Shown piece by piece: positions 25,877 to 35,790 of a stretch of 64,000 nucleotides of DNA. Positions within the stretch are counted from its first letter, which is position 1, and the number at the start of each line of letters is the position of its first letter. The DNA lies in assembly GCA_003971905.1 (NCBI GenBank), contig RSEE01000008.1, forward strand, positions 310,001 to 374,000, given 5' to 3'. Below the pieces are notes generated by a model. It was given only the letters and a program-made list of their open reading frames with translations, searched no databases and was not told the DNA's origin. Source of the DNA: Moniliella sp. 'wahieum' (Eukaryota). The position numbers and the translations under genes are program-made.

Positions 25877-27094
25877 TTAAATTGTTGCCGCTGCGCTGCC
25901 CCATCCCAGTCCAGCTGCAGCCCGAAGGAGTTCGCGGGTACGCATCAACGCCTTGCCTTGCTCATTCTTCCCTCGGAACGAGTGTTGTACCGTGGAAGTG
26001 TGCAGACGAGGTCGTGAAGGCTTCGGAGGGGCCCCGAAATGCACTCCCCTTGACGCGACGGGTAGACCTTCGAGACTTGGATGTGTTTCCTTACTGCTTG
26101 GCAAAGGCACCGAGGGGCGACGGTCGTAAGGAAACGGGATGGGGGGCGTATCTGCGTGGTCTTCCTTCTGGTCAGATTCATCATTCTCTAGTGTCTCTTG
26201 GTTCTCCTCGTCGTGGTCGCGAAGGTCGATCGTGTCGGAGGTGGAAGCCGACACCTCCTCATTCACGCCCGAACTTCTTGGCGACCGGGATCGACGCGGC
26301 TGCTTCCTGGGCTGCTTCTTTGGCTCGTGCCGCCCGCTGTGCCGCTGAAAGCGCCGATCGTGACCGGCCTCGCGATGGAACAGGCGTATCGAGCTGGGAT
26401 AGGCTCACACCCGCGCCCCAAAATACTTCCGAGGGCGTGGCATAAACAATCAATGCGTCCCCCGTCTCGAGCAGGCGAAGGCTCAGGTCAGAATGTTGGG
26501 TAAACTTGAGTAGCAACACCCGATCCATTGCCGCTACATTCAATCGATCTCTCATCCAGCCACGCTCGACGTAGGCGGAATGTTGATGTGCGACCCGACG
26601 TGCGTCTTGCGGCGTCGCCTGCCGCCGCACTTTGTGTGCCACCTCAGGATGGGCGGTAAACTTGAGCGCTTGGAACAAGTGTTCTGGGGGGTACGAATGA
26701 GCGGACGAACCTGGATGCAGGAGAGTGGATACGTACCAGCAGTAGGATAGCGGACTCCGTCCAAGTAAACGGGATGGTCCGAATCGGGCGACAGCCAAAA
26801 GTTCGGCGCACCCTTGTGGTGGAAGGCAATCCGCATAGGGTTTCGACTCGAATCATACAGGACACCGTTGGCGATAAAGGGAGTCTTGTCCAGGACAGGC
26901 TTGGGCGCTGCCCCAGCCACGGAGGAGGAAGCCGTAGTAGAGATAGATTCCGATTGCGAGTCCGGCTGGGAAAGGACTGGCGAATCGATGGGGGACAAGA
27001 GTTCAGGGGAAGGAAGTGCGGGTTCAGAGGCTTCCGCTGGCGGTTCCGACGTAGTCTTAGACTTGCGCCGAAGCAAGCTGGAGAGGCTGGGCAT
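25877..27094 (-). CDS. NADAR (YbiA-like) domain protein with internal low-complexity insertion
   Basis: YPTA|EHLFQALKF, W.....AAMDRVLLLKFTQH..L...LLETGDA.IV......FWG and distal GKNEQGKALMRTRELL. Intron about 26684..26736; frameshift about 26265. Confidence 0.85.
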
Positions 27095-28519
27095 GGATGG
27101 GATGCGGTGGTGGTGGTGGCTCTGAGTATTCAAGGTTCAGGAGGAGATGCAAGAGAAGCATGCCATAAATGACACAGACAGAAACAGAACAGTCGGCAAG
27201 AAGCGAGGGGCGCCAGCTGAGTCGGATGCTTCGCAGGAACACTGTTGGTGGGGGTGGTCGGTCAGTAGCTCGCCGCCTCAAGCCTTCCAGTTGATGATTG
27301 CCATTCAACAGGAGGTCTGTCCAGTGCTCAACCGCTTCCCAAGCGCCTCCGCGGCTGGCACTTTTTGCCGCTGTTGTTCACGGCTTAATGAGGCCGAGGG
27401 ATCAACGTTCGGCGCGCCCAGCCTGAGCGCCTCGGCCTGAGGTCCGGAGGCATGAGACCTGAGGCTCAGCAGAAAACTGCTGGCTCGTTTGTAGTCCACG
27501 CCATTGCCAGCCCGCCCGGACGTATGCTAGTGCATACCACACAGAGCACGCCATCGCATCACCATCCACCATTTTTATACTCCGTTCACAGTCTGTCCAT
27601 CTTTTGCGGACATGTACATAGCCGGCAACAATTAGCTAGTTACTAGTTGCTAGTTACGCGCTACGAGTCACCAGCACATCACTGGGTATTAGCTGGTCAC
27701 CGTCACCCGGAGGCGTTCTGACGCGCTGACGTCTGAAAGGCCCACACCTATGCCAGCCCCACGCCCTGGGCAGTCTCAGGGCAGTTCGGCACGCTCTTGG
27801 CCCGCGGCGCAGCTGCGCAGGGCGTCGGGGGAGGCCTGCTACAAAAAGCTGCGTCCGTCGGGAACGTGTGATCACGCGATTGGTGATCGATTGGTCCTCG
27901 TCGCAGCGCCACCACCGTTCAAAAAGCGCGGTACGTGGGCACGGCACAAATCAGCGGAGGCTTGTTGAACGCACGTTCAAGGTACGCTCGACACGACAAA
28001 AGACGTAGACGCCCCTGTCCAGGGGAAGGCGCGACGAGCAGACAAGGCCGATGCGTTGGTGGTCAGCGTCGAGGAAGCGGTCTTGGGGCGGCGGCGGCAA
28101 GTCTGTTTGTAATGGCTTACCACCAGAGAGAGAACCCGGGGGACGCCTCGAAAGAGGAATTGCGTGCTGCGGTAATAATTGGTGCTGGGCGACAGACCAC
28201 TCAATCGGCGCGTGAGTTAGTAACGGCTGAGCTGAGCTAGCCTGAGCGGTCTGAGACCTCAGCCTGAGCAGCAGTGCGCCTGGAAATGAGCCTGGGTGCT
28301 GATGTAAGCAGCGCTTCATTTGGATTCCATTCAATGTTTCATTTCCCAGCTAGCCATTCCGCCCAGGGCGGAAGGATGAGCTTCGCGAGCGAGTGGGTTT
28401 GCCAAGCAGGTGGACGCGCTCGATGGTGGATGGCTGGCTGGAGCCGGGCGGCCGGCGGGGCGGCCACCTCTTCCTCCCCACCCAACTCCGTCTGCCCAGC
28501 CGACGAGCTGTTGTCCACC

Positions 28520-28931
28520 ATGGCGTCGGTAACAGGCATGCCGGTCAACCGTATCCTGCGGGACATGAACCGTCGCACTCAGTTCGCGTCCAACGAGCTG
28601 ATGCGCATGACGTACAAATACATTGCTCGCAACACCACCCTCCCGCCGCCTGTGCGCCACCAGGCTCAGCTGAAGCTCAACGAGTTCCCCAAGAACGCGG
28701 CTCGGCCCGTTTTCAAGTCGCGCTGCACTGCTTCAGGCAAGGGCCATTCCGTCTTCACCAATGTCGGCCTCTCTCGGGTACGTGCGCTTGGGTTGGCACC
28801 CGGGTGCTACCTACTGCTCCATCTCGTTGGGAATCCCTGCTGACTTGACTCCTTCTCGTGTCCTCCAGCCCCAATTCCGCCACCAGGCATTGGCTGGCAT
28901 GATCCCTGGCGTGGAAAAGGCGTCATGGTAA
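28520..28931 (+). CDS. MRP2: Mitochondrial ribosomal protein S14 (uS14m)
   Basis: RD..RR.......E..R..YKYIARNTTLP, KSRC..SG. Intron 28778..28868, then QFRHQALAGMIPGVEKASW*. Confidence 0.9.
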
Positions 28932-29515
28932 TTGATAGTCCCCACCTGTGGAAATGCGATTAGACAAAGTAAGAAGGGAAGGAACAAAGAGCGTGTGTCC
29001 AAGAATGAGGTTTCTGAACATAATGCTCAGGTGGGCGGCCTTTGGCACTGCCCACGTGTGTGCTAGAGTGCGACTTGGGAGCGCTCGCGACCCTATGCAT
29101 CAGCTGCAAAGCAGCCTTCAGACAAGACTGAAGGCAAAGTGGTGAGCTACAAGTCTTCAAGCAACGTCTGAAGGGAAGGAGAAAGGAGAGAGAGAAGGGA
29201 GATGGAGCAAGCAGGGCGTGCGCGGCCTGCGAGCGGAACTCTTCCGCCCGGCTAAGCGAACGTCACCGATCCACTTAGGGCCGTGCAGGGAATAGTAGCA
29301 CTATCCTCTAACAATGTGGATCCGTCAAAACATTCTTTTCTTTGCAGAGGGACAAGGAGAGACCAAGGGTGAGAATTAATCAGCCCAGAGAGCAAAAGAC
29401 AAGGGACGGTAGAGAGAGTGAAGATGGACCAAGTTATATACATGTACAGGAGATGAGAGAAAGATTGACCGGCTTGCCGGCTAGACGTGTGTCAAGGGGC
29501 AAACTGGACCATCCT

Positions 29516-32095
29516 TCAGTTGTGACTGGTCAGGGACCAGCTGTTGAGCGCGACCGATGGCGGTTGCGCCTGGTCGGCGCTACTCAGGTCGTCCCACTGT
29601 GGCTGAAACAGCACCTCAATTGTCTGCTGCGAGCCAGGCTTGAGGTCAATTTTGAGTACCGACACGCCCACGTTGGTCGGGTTGCCGGGCAAATTGTCCG
29701 CCGACGCACCCGGTCCCCAGGAAGAGCCAGCAGGGGGGCCTTCGGTGGTGAAGGTGGCGCCCGGTGGGCTGAGAATCGACACTTTCATCACCTTGGGCTT
29801 GGAAAAGCTGTAGCTAACGCCGATGGCAGCATTGGGATCGGTCAGGTTGTTCAGTGTCAAGGTTGCGTTGGCACCCGCGAGCGAGATGGTGGCATTGGTT
29901 TGCATACGCCACTCGATCGACGACTTGCCCACCCCAGCAGCAATCTCGTCCCGAAGCAGTACTTGCCGGCGCGCATTGAGGGGCCGAATCCCACGCACCA
30001 CCTTGCCCGTCGTTTGGTTGTAGGCGGAACTCATATCGGTGACGAAGTAGGCATTGTCCCGAGTGCTAGGGGAAAAGTTGATGGCGCTCGATTGCGTCTT
30101 GTTGGTGGTGCCAAACTTGTTGACTGGTGCACAATTGACTTGCTGATTGGCCCCATCAATCAAAAGCGTGTTTTGGCCGGCCGTGCCCTTGCGGTAGTAG
30201 GTCCAGCGCTGGGCCTGCTCCGTTTCTGAGGTAAAGTAGCCAGGAGACAAGTACTGTGCCGAGCCATACTCGCCGGCAAACCGGGTGCCCAGCGCATCAA
30301 TCACAAAGTCGCCCACATCCAGATCGCCATGGGTTTGGTGGCCAGTCAGATTGGATGCCTTCATCGCCACATACAGCCCGGTAAAGTCGGTCCATGATGA
30401 ACGCATCGACACCCACGAGCCGCGCGTGTCGGGGAAATAACGGTCAAGAGGGAGGTCGTTCCAGAAGGCGCCCGTGGCCGACGTATCATACCAAAACAGG
30501 GCCAAGGGATCACCCATTGCATCGGCCCGATCCCGTTGGAAGAGCGTGAGAAGGGGTTGCTTATACTGATTCCCCCACCATAACATGCCATTTGCGTTGG
30601 TGGAAAACTTGTTGGGTCCATGGTCCCCGTATGCCATCATGCCCGCCATACCGGAGACGTACATGTGGAAATAGCCCGTCTTGTAAAACTCTGGGTTCAA
30701 GCCTTGGTTGCTGCCCGTGGCGGTGATCAAGGAGGACTCGGCACGGACGGCAGCGTTGGTTCCAAAGTACCAGTAATTGGGTGTTTCCGCCCAGGTACCG
30801 TCAGAGTAGGGACCCTGGAAACAGTTGTCTGTAATGTTGGCCAGAGCCAGGTCGAGCACTTGGGAGCCGATCTTGTTGGGATCATCACCATCGTCCCCAC
30901 TGATGGCAAGGGCCCCGAGGAGGAGACCCGAGTTGGACACACAATTCCAGTTCCCGTTTCCATTCGACGCTTCAGCCCACCACCCAATACTGCCATTCCC
31001 TTTCAGAGCCGACAGGCCTGGAACCAGTCCAAGGGTGATGATGCTCCACCGCAGCGATTGGAGTTGGGTGGCGTTCCATGCATCATGAAGCCAATCGTAG
31101 CCAATTGCAAACGCGGCGGTCATCTCGCCGGTGTCAAGGAAGTGGGTCGGGTTCCAATGTTGGTCAGGGAGCGGCGCTGGTCCTTGCCCAAAGGGAGTTG
31201 AGGTATTTCCTGCGGCGGTAACGAGCTCAGTCCAAGCCCGATCCGCCCACTTTTTATCCTTGGTCATGCGGTAGGCGTATGCAAATGCCCGGATCCGCCG
31301 CTGCACTTCCCGGGACACGTCTAACACGCCCGATCCGGCATAGCCGCCATCAATACTGTAGTTCGTGACAGGCATGCTGTACCACGCCGATGCGTTGGCA
31401 AACACAGAGTCGTTCATCGCTGTCAGGTAGGCGTCGTGTTGGATCCGCTGTTCCATGCAGTTCCACATGTAGCCAGGTGCCATGAGACGCGGGTGAGCAC
31501 GTAAGTTGGTCATGGATAGGCCAGATGAATCGTCTTGGCATGCCACGGCCGGATTACCGTTACCCGCAGGGCTAGCTGTGTTGGCTGTCTTGAGAAACAT
31601 TGGGTTCCCATACATGTCGGTCGATCCAGAAAAGAGATGGTCCGCTTTGCCTGCAGACGCATGACTGTTGGCAAGCGAAGTGAGGGAGGGATTGTCGATC
31701 TGGGTACTACCGCCCTGCGAAGCAGCATTGGTCCCTGACGAACCGTTTTTCTTGGACTTGTGCGCGCCAAAGTAGCCACCCAGCACGGCGGCGACGATGA
31801 CAACCACGGCGACGATGGGAAGAAAGACGGTAAGCCACTTTGACGGCCGCTTCTTGCCGGGGGTGGGGGCGTTGTAGGAGTACTTGGGCTGGGAGTAGCC
31901 AGGGCCGGCGAGGTGCTCACTTGACGCGTTGGGTGCATATCCATTGTTGTATCCCGAGCTCGTGTCGAGGTAGTAGCTGCTCGCGTTCTCCTGCTTGAGG
32001 AACGCACCCTGGGATGCACTGTCATCGTAGTGCCCTGCGGCGTAGCCGGCTTGGCTGTAGCCCGAGTTGTTGTTGTGCAGGTAAGGCTGGGCCAT
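29516..32095 (-). CDS. Heparinase II/III-like (polysaccharide lyase-like) type II membrane protein
   Basis: Intact ORF: cytosolic tail, TM helix WLTVFLPIVAVVVIVAAVLGGYFG, HPRL, HFLDTGEM..AFAIGYDWL, NWNCVSNSG, WAETPNYWYFG, THGDLDVGDFVIDALG. Confidence 0.82.
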   Translation of the reverse strand: MAQPYLHNNNSGYSQAGYAAGHYDDSASQGAFLKQENASSYYLDTSSGYNNGYAPNASSEHLAGPGYSQPKYSYNAPTPGKKRPSKWLTVFLPIVAVVVIVAAVLGGYFGAHKSKKNGSSGTNAASQGGSTQIDNPSLTSLANSHASAGKADHLFSGSTDMYGNPMFLKTANTASPAGNGNPAVACQDDSSGLSMTNLRAHPRLMAPGYMWNCMEQRIQHDAYLTAMNDSVFANASAWYSMPVTNYSIDGGYAGSGVLDVSREVQRRIRAFAYAYRMTKDKKWADRAWTELVTAAGNTSTPFGQGPAPLPDQHWNPTHFLDTGEMTAAFAIGYDWLHDAWNATQLQSLRWSIITLGLVPGLSALKGNGSIGWWAEASNGNGNWNCVSNSGLLLGALAISGDDGDDPNKIGSQVLDLALANITDNCFQGPYSDGTWAETPNYWYFGTNAAVRAESSLITATGSNQGLNPEFYKTGYFHMYVSGMAGMMAYGDHGPNKFSTNANGMLWWGNQYKQPLLTLFQRDRADAMGDPLALFWYDTSATGAFWNDLPLDRYFPDTRGSWVSMRSSWTDFTGLYVAMKASNLTGHQTHGDLDVGDFVIDALGTRFAGEYGSAQYLSPGYFTSETEQAQRWTYYRKGTAGQNTLLIDGANQQVNCAPVNKFGTTNKTQSSAINFSPSTRDNAYFVTDMSSAYNQTTGKVVRGIRPLNARRQVLLRDEIAAGVGKSSIEWRMQTNATISLAGANATLTLNNLTDPNAAIGVSYSFSKPKVMKVSILSPPGATFTTEGPPAGSSWGPGASADNLPGNPTNVGVSVLKIDLKPGSQQTIEVLFQPQWDDLSSADQAQPPSVALNSWSLTSHN

Positions 32096-33020
32096 TGTTG
32101 CTGCCAGCACCACGCGTGGCGCAGTGGATAGAGAAGGAGAGGAAGGGTTGGAGGCGGGACGGAAAGAGATACGACGTGATGGGGCGTGGTGCGACACGAA
32201 GCCAGGCGCTCGCACCGCTTGCTGATAGACCCTTGTCTCGTCTGGTCCCCTGGGTGGCGCCTCCGCACGGCGTCAGTGTGGGGGGCACGCGTCTCGTGTG
32301 CGACGCCCCGAATGAGGGGAGCATGGGGGCAGCGTTTGCATGCCATCCCATCTGCCGACAAGTCACACGCAGCACGCGAGCCATGGTGCAAAAGGTAGGG
32401 GGGGCAGTGTTCAACGTTCAACGTTCAACACGTTCAACCCCAGTCATTGATCACGCATCTGTGACCGAGTCACCTGTGATCATCGATCAACTGTCAGGCG
32501 CGTCACGCGTCCCTGGCCACTGACCAGTGACTTATCATCACAGGTCCAGTACTCGGAGTACGCAGTGCGCGCTCTGCTGGGCTCTGCTCCACACACTGGT
32601 AGTGTGCCTTGATGGCACCTGGCGAGTGACATCCTTGGGGACTACAGCGTGTCGCAGTTCAGCATCCTATCATTGTCCTCCTCGCGTCGGTCCAATTTCA
32701 ATTGCAAACACCAGCTATCGCAGCGTCCTGTCACGCGCGCCTTCTCCCACGCCCTGTATCAAGTCGATTTGCATACCGTCGCATCAATCTGTCACGCATG
32801 AAAGCCACACATGAAAGTCACGCATCATGCATCATGGAACATGGAACATCCATTCATTGACATCGAACGTCGAACGTCGAACATCGACCAACTTTCGGGG
32901 TGAGGCTCACTTGGCTAAAAAAAGTGTACTATCCGTTCGCCTACTAGCTTCCACAGCTTGAGGCCTCCAAGCTTCGCCGTCACCAACCAGATATACACCG
33001 TCCTCATTGCCTCATTCCGC

Positions 33021-34256
33021 CTAATCGAGTCCGGCAGTGTCCGGATGTTGGAATGGCATACGGAAAAAACCTCCGGGAGGGAGACGACCGCCACGAATGT
33101 TGACTTGCAAACTTGCGTGGAGCAATTTGGGCGCAGCCAGCGACTTGTCCCGAGCGCGACGCAAGTCAAGAAACTGCTGTTCCCGGCACGCTGGCTCAAT
33201 CTCGTCCGGACGACCAAGGAGGGTGGGGCAGCCTGTGCCTTGCAGGTGAATGTTGGACCGGCGCTGCTCGGCCACCGTGGTCCGATCCTGTGGTGGCCGG
33301 GAAGAAGGAGGGTAGTCATGTCCCACATATACGAATGTGTCGTCGGGTAGAGACAAGACGGTTTGTAAGGAATCGTACAGGCTCTCTGCCGATCCCCCTG
33401 GGAAATCGGCGCGGGCTGACCCAACGTCAGGAAGGAAGATCACGTCCCCACAAAAGAGGTGTTGGCCAATGAGATAGCCGGTGTGGTCGGGCGTATGGCC
33501 GGGAAGGTACAGTACAGCGCAAGTTGTGCCACCAAACGTGAAGCTGTCCGTCGCGCCGTGGGGGGACCCAATCGGCGCTGGTCCAGTACGAAAGAGCACG
33601 TCAAAGTCGCCAAGATCGGGAGTCAGACCGTACCGCGGCCCAAAACGCGCTTGGACCTGGCCGATGCCCGCGCCCATACACACGGGCACAGGGCCACGCG
33701 TCGCCGCTAAGCCTCGAGCGGTCAGTTGCGACTTGAGGTAATGTGCTCCTGTGAGGTGGTCTGCATGGGCGTGTGTCTCGAGAATCCGACTCACTCGGTA
33801 CCCCCTGCTCTGAAGGAGGGCGATAAGTGCGTCGGCCGAGTCGGTGCCAATGGTCTGCTTGTTGGGGTCGTAGTCAAGCACAGGATCGATGATAATGCAC
33901 GTCTCCATATCCTGGCCAACCACAAGGTAGGTCCATGTGCTGGTAGGGCCATGAAACAGACCATGGATCGTCGGTTGGCCGCGCTCGGCATAAAACGTGC
34001 TGCGTTCGTAATGGCCTCCTATGGGGCACGGGGCAGGGGGCTCTTTTGCAGGCAGGCCCCAGCCGAGATTCAGAGGACGAGGGGTGGGATTCATGCGTGA
34101 CCTAGTAATGGGAATAGCTTGGACACGAGGAGAGCCGGTAGTAAGAATCCGTGCCAGGCGGGGGCTTAGATACATGGCTGCTTTGGTGGGAGCCATCGCA
34201 TGGCCAACAGCCGGAGCGAAGCGAGGAAGTGTAGGCAGTAATGGGCAGGCACTCAT
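33021..34256 (-). CDS. Metallo-beta-lactamase fold persulfide dioxygenase-like (ETHE1/Blh/SdoA type)
   Basis: TWTYLV, IIDPVLDYD, ILETHAHADHLTG, PGHTPDH, FCGDVIF, ARADFPGGSA, VGHDY, SLQVNIRGG. Confidence 0.85.
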   Translation of the reverse strand: MSACPLLPTLPRFAPAVGHAMAPTKAAMYLSPRLARILTTGSPRVQAIPITRSRMNPTPRPLNLGWGLPAKEPPAPCPIGGHYERSTFYAERGQPTIHGLFHGPTSTWTYLVVGQDMETCIIIDPVLDYDPNKQTIGTDSADALIALLQSRGYRVSRILETHAHADHLTGAHYLKSQLTARGLAATRGPVPVCMGAGIGQVQARFGPRYGLTPDLGDFDVLFRTGPAPIGSPHGATDSFTFGGTTCAVLYLPGHTPDHTGYLIGQHLFCGDVIFLPDVGSARADFPGGSAESLYDSLQTVLSLPDDTFVYVGHDYPPSSRPPQDRTTVAEQRRSNIHLQGTGCPTLLGRPDEIEPACREQQFLDLRRARDKSLAAPKLLHASLQVNIRGGRLPPGGFFRMPFQHPDTAGLD

Positions 34257-35003
34257 GGTGGAGGGTGGAGGGAGAGAGGGGAGGGGAGGGGGGAGATCTG
34301 ACGACCGAAAGAAGCATCGAGCGGCATCTCCCTGTTGAACTTTATGATATGGTCCCACCCATCAGGTGGAGCTGATAGTGGTGATAGCCGGGCCCGATGG
34401 ATCGAAGCAGCAGCAATCTCGCCGGGCTAGGCCGGGCCCCGGCCACTTTTCGCCAGCCCCACCTAAGCTCCCCCAGTCTACACGGCGAATGGCAGTTACG
34501 TAAGTGCGTCACAATAATGCGCACATCCCACAACAAAAGTGGCCGAAATAATTACAACCCACCAACTGCGCCCGAGTGCGGTGGGGAGCCACGCGGTGAC
34601 GGCTACTAAGTACTAACCGGTTAAAGTGCCCTCCGCACCTTGGCCTGCCTTTTGGCGCGCCTGGTAGTGGGCAAAGTGACATGGACCGTCCGTCCTATTA
34701 AGGGGGAGAGATCACCCGGCGAGCGGTCTGCGCTGAGCACATGCTTGCCATGATCTTAACTCTCAGATGAGATCTCAGATGGTATGGCTTTGATGTGAAA
34801 GAGTACTTTTCCATATATATGCCCGCACCCAAAACAGTCCTATCGTTAATAGTGACATGTGACCTCGCGCCGAACGATGCACACGGCGAAGCGTATGGGC
34901 AAGACCCACCACCAAGCATAGTCCCTGTTTCTGCTTCTCGACTACCTATACCTCTCTGTCGCTTCACTTGCGAAATCAGAAGGTTGAACAACCACATATC
35001 AGG

Positions 35004-35790
35004 ATGTGGAAGCCGGGCAAGCTCAACGACGTGGTAAAGCGCACGCCGCTCAAGTGGCACCTCCTCGTCATCAGCTTTGTTACTGGCCTTTTGGACGCGA
35101 CGACGTATGGAGACTTGCAACTGTTCGCATCCAACCAAACCGGGAACACCATCATCCTCTTTGTCCTTCTCTTGGGTAAAAAGCCAGGCGAGTATTCCAA
35201 CTATCCTGACCTCCTGCCCACGGGTATCTCCCTTGCCACATTTCTCGTCATGGGATTTCTCTGGGGGCGAGCAGGACTGCGCGCTGGACCTAGAAAGAAG
35301 TGGTGGCAAATGTTTTCGTTGTTGTTTCAAGCGGGAATGCTTCTTCTTCTTGCCATTCTGCTCGATACCAACGTGATCCGCCCGGGTCTGCGAGTGGGCC
35401 ATGGGGAGGCGGAGAAACGACGCGGCATTGGCATGCTTGTTGGCTGCACCATCAGGCGCACAAGTAGCCCTCGCCCGGTCCTCCGGCATCTCCGAAATTC
35501 CAACAGCAATGCTCACCTCTCCCTACATTGACTTTTTTGTCGACCCCAATCTCTGGTCGCATCCTTGGAAGGTGGAGGATCCCAAGATCAAAACGCGCAA
35601 TACCCGTGCTCTTTATCTCATGTGCATCATTTCTGGCTCGGTTGTGGGCGCCTTGATTCATCGTCACGCCGCTTCCTCTTCGGCAGCGCTGTACCTGGCA
35701 TTTTCCCTGCGTCTCTTGGGTGCAATCGCGACATTGTTCTTCCCCACCTACCCTCCCGAGGCTTACTCGATTGACAAGACCAGCCCCTAG
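35004..35790 (+). CDS. DUF1275 / YoaK-like multi-pass membrane protein (frameshift near 35420)
   Basis: SFVTGLLDATTY....FASNQTGNTII, GAQVALAR..G.SEIPTAMLT, several hydrophobic helices. Confidence 0.82.
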
